A stretch of DNA of 64,000 nucleotides from an uncultured Gammaproteobacteria bacterium (GTDB lineage: Bacteria > Patescibacteriota > Patescibacteriia > Magasanikbacterales > UBA922), in NCBI GenBank assembly GCA_964394405.1, contig CAYMVY010000001.1, forward strand, positions 233,219-297,218, read 5' to 3'. Shown here piece after piece: positions 55,216 to 63,915 of this stretch (the first letter of the stretch is position 1; each line of letters starts with the position of its first letter). Position numbers and translations under genes: made by a program. Below the pieces are notes generated by a model that saw only the letters and a program-made list of their open reading frames with translations, was not told the DNA's origin and made no database searches.

Positions 55216-55941
55216 TCTATGGCTATCGAATACAATAAGGAGTATATCCATCATAGTAACCCAGGAAGCGCATCGTTGATCCGGGAAATTGTGTTTGGAA
55301 TGGAAGATGGAATGGTCTCGACTTTGGGTTCAGTCACGGGTATTGCTGCTGCAACCCAGGATCCGTTTACGACCGTACTTGCAGGACTGGTTATCATCTC
55401 GGTTGAATCAATTTCCATGGGAGTAGGATCATATTTATCCAATAAGTCAGAACGCGAAATTGATGAGCGTAAGATTTTTGAGGAACGCGAGGAAATCAAG
55501 AATCATCCGGAAGAAGAACGAGAAGAGCTTCGCGACATGTATGTGCACGATGGTTGGCCCAAGGATTTGGCAGAGAAAATGGCAGATGCTGCAAAAGCAA
55601 ATCCTGAGATTATGTTGAAAGAAATGGCATTTCGAGAACTCGAGGTTATTCCCGAGGGTTTGGGAAGTCCGATTCGTAACGGATTTGCAATGCTTATATC
55701 ATATATTATTGGTGGTGCCATACCATTAACACCATACCTAGTATTGCCTGTTGAAAAGGCAATTCCACTTTCAATCATAATTACTCTCATAGGACTGTTT
55801 ACTTTGGGAGTGGTGACTACTCGATTCACGAAACGTAGTTGGTGGAAAGCAGGACTTGAGATGCTTGCACTTGCGAGCGCAGCGGCCGCAATTGGGTATT
55901 TTGTAGGACAAGCGGTGGACACGTGGTGGTTGAAAAAATAA
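55216..55941 (+). CDS. VIT1/CCC1-family membrane protein (putative Fe/Mn transporter)
   Basis: VFGMEDGMVSTLGSVTGIAAA motif, acidic middle loop, C-terminal TM bundle. Start at the internal Met preferred. Confidence 0.6.
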   Translation, partial: SMAIEYNKEYIHHSNPGSASLIREIVFGMEDGMVSTLGSVTGIAAATQDPFTTVLAGLVIISVESISMGVGSYLSNKSEREIDERKIFEEREEIKNHPEEEREELRDMYVHDGWPKDLAEKMADAAKANPEIMLKEMAFRELEVIPEGLGSPIRNGFAMLISYIIGGAIPLTPYLVLPVEKAIPLSIIITLIGLFTLGVVTTRFTKRSWWKAGLEMLALASAAAAIGYFVGQAVDTWWLKK

Positions 55942-56011
55942 CAGCGTCAGAGGGCGTATATACAAGAGAGCCCGGTCACTCGAGAAGGAGGCCGGGCTTT
56001 TTGGTGCAGTG

Positions 56012-56287
56012 TCACCAGTGGTGGTGTTTGCGGGATGGGGCGATGAGAAAAGAGGCGATGAGACATCCAAATCCCACGAAGAAGGTATGGTCGGTCTCGG
56101 TGTTCGTCCGCAGTTCGTTCGCGCTGTCTTGGTCAATGGCAGTCGCAATGATCACGATCCCAGCGATGAGAAGCAAGACTGCCAGCACGGTAGCAAGAGT
56201 GGGGAGTTTTGACACTGAAAACATGCAGAATCCCTCCAACATAAAGGTCTGTAGAAGTTTATACCGCACTGCCACTACCATTGTCAA
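56012..56287 (-). CDS. candidate small 2-TM protein in a GC-elevated patch
   Basis: Hydrophobic 70-91-aa ORF (LPTLATVLAVLLLIAGIVIIATAI...FFVGFGCLIASFLIA). Overlaps a junk-looking plus-strand ORF. Confidence 0.3.
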   Translation of the reverse strand: MTMVVAVRYKLLQTFMLEGFCMFSVSKLPTLATVLAVLLLIAGIVIIATAIDQDSANELRTNTETDHTFFVGFGCLIASFLIAPSRKHHHW

Positions 56288-56290
56288 TGA

Positions 56291-57139
56291 TTACGCTATT
56301 GAGAAGATATTTTTTTGTTTTGTTATCATTCCTTCTTTGGTGAGTCTAAGTAACACCTCATGTATATGTGATTCATCGTATTCTTCAAGATAGAGATCAG
56401 AGAGCGATTCAAGTGTGGTGTGCCCTTTTGAAATGTCGCGGAGGATCATGCCACGCAATTTTCTATTTGACCCTTCAAATTTACTTTGTTTCGAATAATG
56501 TTTACTTCGTCTGCTTGGATTTTTGTTTGTCTCTTTCAGCCACGTACCATAATCCATAAGCGCATTGTACCAGTCGCGTGGATTTTTTTTATCGAGAGCT
56601 GCCTCTACATAGGGCAATAATTCTTTGTCAGTCACTTCAGTTTTATCACCAAAAAATTCATGTATAAATACACTTCGTATATTTGTTTCAATAAAGACAC
56701 TTGGGTAATTATAGGCGTATGCTGCGATTGATCCAGCAGTGTGGGGACCAATCCAGGGGAGACCCACTAATTTTTCTGGAGTTTTGGGTAATTTTCCTTT
56801 GTATTCAGAAATAATAATTTCAGCAAGTTTTTTCAATCCCATTGCGCGACGATTGTACCCCAGTCCCTGCCACACGGCGAGAATATCCTTAAAAGGAGCT
56901 TTTGCTAATGCTTCAAAATTAGGAAATGTTTTGATAAATAATGTAAATTTCTCTACCACTCTCGGAGCCTGTGTTTGTTGCAACATGATTTCAGAAACTA
57001 CTATTTTGTACGGCGTAATTCCTTTTCTCCAGGGGAAGTCACGCTTATTTTTGTGGTAGTAAGTGTAGATTTTATTTTGAAATTGTTGAATCTGTTTTTT
57101 GGATAGGGGAGATTTCATATTACGTAACTCAAAACTCAA
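56291..57139 (-). CDS. HhH-GPD DNA glycosylase, MutY/EndoIII-like, lacking Fe-S cysteines
   Basis: DFPWRKGITPYKIVVSEIMLQQTQAPRV...WQGLGYNRRA matches the MutY N-terminal core. No Cys cluster in the C-terminal half. Confidence 0.55.
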   Translation of the reverse strand: MSFELRNMKSPLSKKQIQQFQNKIYTYYHKNKRDFPWRKGITPYKIVVSEIMLQQTQAPRVVEKFTLFIKTFPNFEALAKAPFKDILAVWQGLGYNRRAMGLKKLAEIIISEYKGKLPKTPEKLVGLPWIGPHTAGSIAAYAYNYPSVFIETNIRSVFIHEFFGDKTEVTDKELLPYVEAALDKKNPRDWYNALMDYGTWLKETNKNPSRRSKHYSKQSKFEGSNRKLRGMILRDISKGHTTLESLSDLYLEEYDESHIHEVLLRLTKEGMITKQKNIFSIA

Positions 57140-57250
57140 ATGTCAAAACTTAAAACTGTAACTAAAAACTTAAAACCAATACTCTATCTAAATTAAGTTT
57201 TAAAATTTACGTTATAGTTTTGAACTTTGAGTTTTACGTTTTGAGTTTTA
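57121..57250. repeat. repeat element copy G
   Basis: CGTAACTCAAAACTCAAATGTCAAAACTTAAAACTGTAAC ... GTTTTGAACTTTGAGTTTTACGTTTTGAGTTTTAG. Positions 57123-57149 are the reverse complement of 45117-45143. Confidence 0.6.
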
Positions 57251-58033
57251 GATATCTATTTCAATCCCTACCGGACAATGGTCTGATCCATACACCTGAT
57301 CCAGAATAAACGCACTTGTTACTTTTTTCTGAAGAGATTTACTCACCAATACATAATCAATACGCCACCCCACGTTTCGTACACGTGCTCCAGCCATCGG
57401 ACTCCACCAGCTATACTGCACTTTTTCTGGATGAAGGGTACGGAAGGTATCAACGAGACCATTCTTGAGAAATGTAGTCATGTCCTCACGTTCTTCTGCG
57501 GTAAATCCATGAGTTTTGTGATTGCTATCTGGGCGTGCGAGATCAATTTCATTATGTGCCACATTATAATCACCAACAACAATCACGGGTTTTTTCTTTT
57601 CCAGTTTTTGTACTTTTTTCAAAACCATTGCATTGAATTCTTGCTTGAACGGAATACGGGACAAGTCAGGTTTCGCATTCGGAAAATAGATATTGATAAA
57701 ATAAAACTTGGGGAATTCAAGGGTGTGTACTCGACCTTCAAAATCAAATTCTTTTTTTCCAAGACCAACTTCATGTGAAAGCACTTTCAAAGATCCATTT
57801 TTTTGCTCGTTCACCAGTGTCATAGTACCCGAATATCCAGGACGTTCAGCTGAATTCCAATATTCAGTATAGTTGGGAAAATCAAATGTTTCTTTTTCAC
57901 GCGCATCATCTGAAATTTTTACTTCTTGAATTCCCAAGATATCAGGTTTTTGTTTGGCGAGAAATGTTGCGAATCCTTTTTTTACTGCTGCGCGGATACC
58001 GTTAACGTTCCATGAGATGATAGATATAGACAT
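57248..58033 (-). CDS. xth: exodeoxyribonuclease III
   Basis: ISWNVNGIRA...LGIQEVK...WRIDYVLVS...GSDHCPV motifs. Confidence 0.85.
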   Translation of the reverse strand: MSISIISWNVNGIRAAVKKGFATFLAKQKPDILGIQEVKISDDAREKETFDFPNYTEYWNSAERPGYSGTMTLVNEQKNGSLKVLSHEVGLGKKEFDFEGRVHTLEFPKFYFINIYFPNAKPDLSRIPFKQEFNAMVLKKVQKLEKKKPVIVVGDYNVAHNEIDLARPDSNHKTHGFTAEEREDMTTFLKNGLVDTFRTLHPEKVQYSWWSPMAGARVRNVGWRIDYVLVSKSLQKKVTSAFILDQVYGSDHCPVGIEIDI

Positions 58034-58126
58034 AGATAATTGTTTAGTTCAAGGGTTATTCTAGCAAGTAGAGTAAATTTTAACAACAAAAAAACAGGGT
58101 TGTGCGTCCCTGTCTTTCGTCTCGCT

Positions 58127-58405
58127 TTAGCGATCGTTTCGGCGTGGTGGGCGATCCTCGAGTGGTCGAGCCTCGTTAACTTTGAGACGTCGTCCTTCGA
58201 ATTCTTTGCCATCCCACATTTCGATTGCAGATGCGGCACCGGCTTCATCAGCCATTTCCACAAATCCGAATCCTCGTGAGCGACCGGTAAACTTATCGGT
58301 CATGATCTTTACTGAACTTACTGCACCAGCCTGCTCGAAAGCAGCGCGTACAGAATCTTCAGTACTTGAGTATGGCAGTCCGCCAACGTAGAGCTGTTTT
58401 GACAT
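58127..58405 (-). CDS. RRM-domain RNA-binding protein
   Basis: RNP2 LYVGGL and RNP1 RGFGFVEM. Confidence 0.8.
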   Translation of the reverse strand: MSKQLYVGGLPYSSTEDSVRAAFEQAGAVSSVKIMTDKFTGRSRGFGFVEMADEAGAASAIEMWDGKEFEGRRLKVNEARPLEDRPPRRNDR

Positions 58406-58594
58406 AATTTACAATTTGCTTGCTTTCCTCTGAATGAGGAAATAAATATTACATTGTAAGGTTCATGTTCTCGTCGATTGATCCCCAAGCTCTTAGTCGA
58501 GCGGCGCCGCACAAGCGCATTAGTCGGTACCGTTATTAGACGAAAGTTCGATAAAACCTACACAAGAGAACTATAGCATGTACAAAGAAAGAAA

Positions 58595-59329
58595 TCAAGC
58601 CTCGTCCCTCATATGCATGTAGTGGGTCCGTTCTTTTTTGGGGAAGTGTTCTATGGCGTAGCGGAGGGCAGTTCGGGGCATCTGAGGGGCGTGGGAATGG
58701 AGAAATTCGACAAGTGTTCCGCGGTCTCGTTTTCCAACTTCCCGGAGCATCCAGCCAACAGCTTTGTGTATGAGGTCATGAGTGTCGGTGAGTAGCATTC
58801 GGGAGAGTTTCAGTGTGTCTGCAAATTGATTTTTTCTAATAAAAGCCCAGGTAGCGACGATCGCAATACGACGTTCCCAGAGGTTTTCTGATTGTGCGAG
58901 TTTGTATAGTATGGTTTTTTCTATCGGGTGATCGAGGAGATATTCACCGACAATATCTCTAGCCGACGCGTCAACGAGATCCCAATTGTTAATCCGTTTT
59001 GTTTTGGAAAGATAGTAGGTATATATTTTTTTACGGGTCAGTGGATTCCCGCGGTTGAATTGGTATACCAGAATAATGAGCGCTGTCAGTCGGTATTCAT
59101 GGATTTTGCTTGCAAGTAAAAAGGTGAGGTCATCTTCCGGGGTATCAATATACATCCGAGCAATAGAGCGCTGTACCGGAACAGTGACTCCGATAAATTC
59201 ATCCCCGTGCCCATATTGTCCTTTTTCAGTTTTAAAAAACCGTTTGAGGAATACGGCTTTTTCTCGGTTACCTGCTTTTTGAAGAGCTTTTTCAATCCGT
59301 TTATACATTGTGTGTCCGATCGTAGACAT
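58595..59329 (-). CDS. DNA alkylation repair protein (AlkD/AlkC-like HEAT repeat)
   Basis: REKAVFLKRFFKTEKGQYGHGDEFIGVTVP...WDLVD pattern of the AlkD family. Start uncertain (59308 or 59329). Confidence 0.55.
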   Translation of the reverse strand: MSTIGHTMYKRIEKALQKAGNREKAVFLKRFFKTEKGQYGHGDEFIGVTVPVQRSIARMYIDTPEDDLTFLLASKIHEYRLTALIILVYQFNRGNPLTRKKIYTYYLSKTKRINNWDLVDASARDIVGEYLLDHPIEKTILYKLAQSENLWERRIAIVATWAFIRKNQFADTLKLSRMLLTDTHDLIHKAVGWMLREVGKRDRGTLVEFLHSHAPQMPRTALRYAIEHFPKKERTHYMHMRDEA

Positions 59330-59876
59330 AGGTCGGCATTGCGATTTTTTTGGTGACAAATCCACTGTGTTGTATCTGTTCATAGAGCGCCTGACTTTCA
59401 TCTAGTTCTGCACTGGGTAATTGTCGTATGGTATCAAATACATGTTCACGAATAAAAAATGTTCCATGCACTGGCGAGCGGTGGAGATGTGTATCACCGA
59501 TATAGGGACTACCTATGATTGTAGGTTTCCCGAGGATCATATCGAGCCGAGGATTAGAGGCGAAAAAATCATGGTGAACCTGAAGATGGGTCGGAGAAAA
59601 ATAATCATTGCTTTCTAAAAAAGTGATAATGTCGCCCCGCGCTGCGCTAATTCCCCAGGCTCTGGCTTCACCTAGGTTCTTGAATGGTTTTTTGAGGTAT
59701 CGAATTCGCCGGTCCTGATTGAGTAGTGGTTGGATAGTCGATGCGACATTATTCGGTGAATCAGTATCGAGAACAATTGCTTCCCAGTATGGATGCGTCT
59801 GAAGGATAAGCGAAGAAAGCGCATGGGCAATTCCACGCGTACGATGATGTGTGGGAATGATAACTGAAATAAGCAT
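59301..59876 (-). CDS. glycosyltransferase family 2 (short, GtrB/DPM-synthase-like)
   Basis: MLISVIIPTHHRTRGIAHALSSLILQT...VLDTDS Rossmann-like GT-A N-terminus with a DxD-like motif. Confidence 0.65.
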   Translation of the reverse strand: MLISVIIPTHHRTRGIAHALSSLILQTHPYWEAIVLDTDSPNNVASTIQPLLNQDRRIRYLKKPFKNLGEARAWGISAARGDIITFLESNDYFSPTHLQVHHDFFASNPRLDMILGKPTIIGSPYIGDTHLHRSPVHGTFFIREHVFDTIRQLPSAELDESQALYEQIQHSGFVTKKIAMPTYVYDRTHNV

Positions 59877-59887
59877 ACCATGAAGAA

Positions 59888-60121
59888 CTATAATTCTTTG
59901 ATTTCATCAAGATCTTTATCTGGGACATAGAGGAGTGCAAATCCAAACATCACACCAAGTACTGCGGTTACAATGTGTTGTCCACCAAAGACAAGAGTAT
60001 CAATATAATCAAGCGCATACCAAATACCTCGCCATATAAATACCATGCCGAGGACAATAGCAAAGTTTTTTGAAAAATATCTCAAGAGATGGACACGTCG
60101 TCTAGTTTTTTTCTTTTTTGG
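59888..60121 (-). CDS. small 2-TM membrane protein
   Basis: MPKKKKTRRR basic N-terminus, then two hydrophobic helices. Between the GT2 and GT-C genes. Confidence 0.4.
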   Translation of the reverse strand, partial: PKKKKTRRRVHLLRYFSKNFAIVLGMVFIWRGIWYALDYIDTLVFGGQHIVTAVLGVMFGFALLYVPDKDLDEIKEL

Positions 60122-60209
60122 CATACAAAAAGATTGAATATAGTATACCAAATTATTACCAAATGGTCGAAATGACCGGGCATATTATTCAAAAAATTCG
60201 GTGCGCAAG

Positions 60210-61928
60210 TTAAAATTTCTCAAGTAGTTTGATTTTTTCTTCATAACTAATATCTTGGCGCCAGTCAAAATAGTTAGTTGCTTCTTCAAGTCGTCCCAGT
60301 TTATACAGGTTGAACGCCATGAGATAGCGTAGTTCTGGGTCTAGTGGCGCGATTTTGAGATACGACACAAGTCGGGTAACACTTTCTTCATGTCTGCCTT
60401 GTTTGGATAACGCCCGGACATATAATTTGTGACTTTCCGGAAGTGTAGGTTTGAGAGCGATTGATCGGATAAAAAATTGCTCTGCTTGTCGAAAATTTCC
60501 GGATGCCATTTCTAATTTTCCTAATAAATTGAGCACTCGCGGGTGGTCAGGGTAAATATCAAAAGCCTTAAGTGCCTCTATTTGTGCATTATTGTACAAC
60601 TTATTTCTAAAATACCAGTCAGCCATAAAAAGATGGCCTGAGATACTATGGGGCGCGGACTCAATCATTGACGTATAAAGTGTTTTTTCGTTGCGCCACA
60701 CACGATTTCGTACAATAGTAGTTGCACCATAAATAGATAGGATTACGAGAAGGGATATGACGGCTATTTTCTTTTTGAATTGATATATACGAAATAATAT
60801 GTGGCCAAATATCAAACTTAATCCTAATGATGGGAGATACATCCAGTGTTCTTCAACAATCTCTCCTGAATCTTTGAAAATAAATCTCGAAAAAGGAAAA
60901 TAACAAAGTAAAAATATTGTTGTCCCATACCATAGGGGGGTATTTTTGGTTTTTTTAAAAAAGATGATACCAATACAGAGGCTGAGGAGGGTAAGTCCGG
61001 CTAAGGACTCCCAAGAAAGAAATAGATTTGAAACATATGGAAGGTGGTTATAGGTATAGGTTGCTGATAAATTGAGGGGTATGAACGTTTTACTAATGTA
61101 TATGAACGCAATGGTAAATGCAGTAAAAATATGTGTCCAAAATTCAGCATCCTGTAGAGGGTTAGAGGTAAAGTATACGTCACTCTTACCGAAGGCGTAT
61201 TCTTTTAAGATAAGAAATCGGAGTGATAGATATAGAATACTGATTGTTATGTATGGCACTATGGTGACGAGTAAAGATCGGATTGAAGAGATTGTTGGCT
61301 TGAAACCTCGTTGTAAAATGTCTAGTCCGAAGAAAAAAAATGGTATAAATATAGCCTGTTCTTTGGTAAGTGTTGCAAGAAAAAAGAGACCGCCACTGAT
61401 CCATAGATTTTTTTTGAAATTATGCGTACTTTCCCGGGTTTTTAAGAAGAAAATCCATGAGGATAGTGCTAATATTGTATACAAAATTTCATCTCGAGAT
61501 TTAATAAATGCTACTGCACTAGTATGAATAGGTAAAAAAGCAAAAATAAGAGAAGAAAAATATGCGAGGGTTGTATTTTTGGTGAGTTTTTTTGTAAATG
61601 TATAGACAAGAAATGTAGCCACTCCATTGAGAAGAATATTGGTTAGGTGAAAACTAATGGGTTTTTCTCCGAAGAATATGAAGTTAAGAGCAAAAGAAAA
61701 AGTGGTTAGTGGTCTCCATACTCCACTAGTTGGGTTGTCGGGATGAAAAGGGTCTTTCCATACCTGCAGCAGGTATGAAGGATCTCTAAGCTCTTGTCGT
61801 GGTACAAAGAAAAAATCATCATACACAAATTCAGCGGAGATTGTATTGCTGTACAATGTAATACTAATAAAAAGACAAGAAAAAAATACGAGTATGTTAT
61901 GCGCTCGAGAAAGAAATGTAGCATGCAT
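60210..61928 (-). CDS. polytopic membrane glycosyltransferase (GT-C fold, PMT/ArnT-like) with C-terminal TPR repeats
   Basis: About 11 TM N-terminal region with a conserved acidic loop early on, then 4-5 TPR-like repeats. Confidence 0.5.
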   Translation of the reverse strand: MHATFLSRAHNILVFFSCLFISITLYSNTISAEFVYDDFFFVPRQELRDPSYLLQVWKDPFHPDNPTSGVWRPLTTFSFALNFIFFGEKPISFHLTNILLNGVATFLVYTFTKKLTKNTTLAYFSSLIFAFLPIHTSAVAFIKSRDEILYTILALSSWIFFLKTRESTHNFKKNLWISGGLFFLATLTKEQAIFIPFFFFGLDILQRGFKPTISSIRSLLVTIVPYITISILYLSLRFLILKEYAFGKSDVYFTSNPLQDAEFWTHIFTAFTIAFIYISKTFIPLNLSATYTYNHLPYVSNLFLSWESLAGLTLLSLCIGIIFFKKTKNTPLWYGTTIFLLCYFPFSRFIFKDSGEIVEEHWMYLPSLGLSLIFGHILFRIYQFKKKIAVISLLVILSIYGATTIVRNRVWRNEKTLYTSMIESAPHSISGHLFMADWYFRNKLYNNAQIEALKAFDIYPDHPRVLNLLGKLEMASGNFRQAEQFFIRSIALKPTLPESHKLYVRALSKQGRHEESVTRLVSYLKIAPLDPELRYLMAFNLYKLGRLEEATNYFDWRQDISYEEKIKLLEKF

Positions 61929-61937
61929 AATTCTGTA

Positions 61938-62564
61938 CTATTTCTTGGGCATTCTGATGTATGGTTTGATCGGCCAGAGTAATAAACTACCGATTACGGA
62001 AACCATGACAATAATCATAATCAATGTCGGGAACCCCTGACTCGATGCGACATATCCTCCAATAACCGCAAGAAGCGCACTTGAGAGATCGGTCGTGGTG
62101 AAGTATACCCCCCACTCAGTGCCTTCTTTTGACTTATCGATATGTCTGGTAAATATTGCCATATAAGTCGGGAACGTAAAGGCGGTTCCAATACCGAGTA
62201 TTAATTGAACAATATATAGTTGTAGTGGAGTATGTACAAAGAGGTAGCACAGTGGAATGAGTGCAACCACTATGCTTGATATAAATAAAATTACAAAATC
62301 ATCTTTTTCTCCACGTATCCGATCGATAAATTCAGCAATCGGAATTTGCATAATGCTCTTGGTGAGTAGAAAGGCTCCCATAGCAATTCCTGCCACTACT
62401 TCAGTATTATCGGTAATGATAAAATCTTCAATAAATAATGCGAATATAGGGGCCAATAATCCGGCTGCACCTCTGAGAACTGTGTCAGAAAGTATTAAAA
62501 AACGCACTGCTGGATTGATATCAAGTAGGAAATAATTTTTTAATTTTTGGGCGCGTCGAGACAT
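61938..62564 (-). CDS. half-size MFS-like transporter (6 TM)
   Basis: 208-aa ORF with MFS-like TM repeats. May be a truncated or split gene. Confidence 0.35.
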   Translation of the reverse strand: MSRRAQKLKNYFLLDINPAVRFLILSDTVLRGAAGLLAPIFALFIEDFIITDNTEVVAGIAMGAFLLTKSIMQIPIAEFIDRIRGEKDDFVILFISSIVVALIPLCYLFVHTPLQLYIVQLILGIGTAFTFPTYMAIFTRHIDKSKEGTEWGVYFTTTDLSSALLAVIGGYVASSQGFPTLIMIIVMVSVIGSLLLWPIKPYIRMPKK

Positions 62565-62591
62565 AGTATGCGCACTAGGGGGAGTGTGGTT

Positions 62592-63605
62592 TTATTGTGA
62601 ATAATCAAATTCAAATGTGGTTTTTGCAATACGCTGTATAGTATTCGACATAGCAGTGTAGTCACTACCTTCAGTCATGATGCAGATGACATAGGGATTA
62701 TTGGGTGCGTATACAATCCCACAATCATGGAGAATGCGTGAAGCAACAGATCCGTCTTCTGCGTATCTCGTAGCTTCTCCGAATTTGTGTGCGATCGGTA
62801 TACCCTCAGGTATTGCTTTACCTATACCCTCACTAAAGGTGGTGCGGGATAAGTATTCTAGTAGGGTATTTGAGTATTCGAGGTTCAAATATGATGCATT
62901 GTACAAAAAGCGCAATATATTTGAATAAATTCGGACATTCACATACCGCTCAGGCGATGTGGGATCATTCGTTGATTCCTCAATACCGAGGTCGTGAAGA
63001 ATATCAGAGCGAAATATAGGGTCAATACGACTGTCGAGTACTGCAACAGGATTATTGTCAGAGTCGATAATCATTCCCTCGATCAATTGTTGGATAGTGT
63101 ACTCAGTACCTGGAGTTAGAATTTTTTTGTGTGATGGAAAAAATTCATTCTTATTTCGATCTTCTTTTGGCAGGGTCAATTTTTGATTGAGTACGTCGGG
63201 GGCAATTTCTGCGAATTTGAAATATATGATTGATAGGGGGAGCTTGAGGAGACTGGCGCCATAGAAATCAGCGGTATCGTCAACTCCAAACCATCTGCGT
63301 GTATTAAGATCGCGGTAGAAAACACTGGCACGGGTAATATTTTTTTGTTCTTTCTCCTCCTCGATGATTTTGCGTACTTGTATATCAATATTCCTGATGC
63401 GGGAGATATTCTGGTCGATCTCCCCACAATCAAGAGTAGGGTTGATAAAGGGATAGTCGGTACAATTATCAGAGATAGAGACGTCTGAAGGTTCGTTTAC
63501 GTGGTGAAACAGAATATACCCTATGCCTAGACCGGAGATGAGGGTGAGGAAGCTGACTGCAAGAGCAAAGCGGTATGTCTTGAAGTAAGTGGAAAAATTG
63601 CCCAT
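62592..63605 (-). CDS. class A beta-lactamase-like serine hydrolase
   Basis: N-terminal TM/signal, SxxK (GASLLKLP), SDN loop (IDSDNNP), KTG-like HKFG. Confidence 0.5.
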   Translation of the reverse strand: MGNFSTYFKTYRFALAVSFLTLISGLGIGYILFHHVNEPSDVSISDNCTDYPFINPTLDCGEIDQNISRIRNIDIQVRKIIEEEKEQKNITRASVFYRDLNTRRWFGVDDTADFYGASLLKLPLSIIYFKFAEIAPDVLNQKLTLPKEDRNKNEFFPSHKKILTPGTEYTIQQLIEGMIIDSDNNPVAVLDSRIDPIFRSDILHDLGIEESTNDPTSPERYVNVRIYSNILRFLYNASYLNLEYSNTLLEYLSRTTFSEGIGKAIPEGIPIAHKFGEATRYAEDGSVASRILHDCGIVYAPNNPYVICIMTEGSDYTAMSNTIQRIAKTTFEFDYSQ

Positions 63606-63674
63606 ATGCAGAATAGTATACCACCGGACACAACTTATTCAAGGTAGCTGTGAGTCTATCCAGGAGTGTGTGAA

Positions 63675-63707
63675 ATAAAAAAAGCCCTCCGAAGAGGGCT
63701 TTTTTTA
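63675..63707. terminator. bidirectional terminator AAGCCCTC-cgaa-GAGGGCTT flanked by A7/T7
   Basis: Perfect 8-bp stem downstream of cspA. Confidence 0.65.
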
Positions 63708-63717
63708 TTCTCACGTA

Positions 63718-63915
63718 TTAAACGCGAGAAACGTTTACTGCAGCTGGACCTTTTTCACCATCAACTACTTCAAAAGTGACGGTATCGCCAACTTTTAATT
63801 CGTCGTATGAAACACCAACCAATGACTTTGAATGAAAGAAGAGATCTTTTGACTCACCTTCGCGAGCAATAAATCCGAATCCTTTATCAGTAAGAGTCTT
63901 GATAGTACCTGTCAT
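63718..63915 (-). CDS. cspA: cold-shock protein
   Basis: GTIKTLTDKGFGFIAREGESKDLFFH RNP motifs. 65 aa. Confidence 0.9.
   Translation of the reverse strand: MTGTIKTLTDKGFGFIAREGESKDLFFHSKSLVGVSYDELKVGDTVTFEVVDGEKGPAAVNVSRV

Noticed and set aside
55923-56393. 156-aa plus-strand ORF after the VIT-family gene
   Set aside because: It overlaps the terminator hairpin and the 3' end of the minus-strand glycosylase gene. Its sequence is junk-like. The minus-strand small hydrophobic ORF is more plausible but still uncertain.
23501-57250. Possibility that the AAAACTCAAA unit repeats are CRISPR arrays
   Set aside because: Units are about 10 nt with no unique spacers of 25-40 nt between them. The arms are inverted, not direct. 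There are no cas genes in the window.
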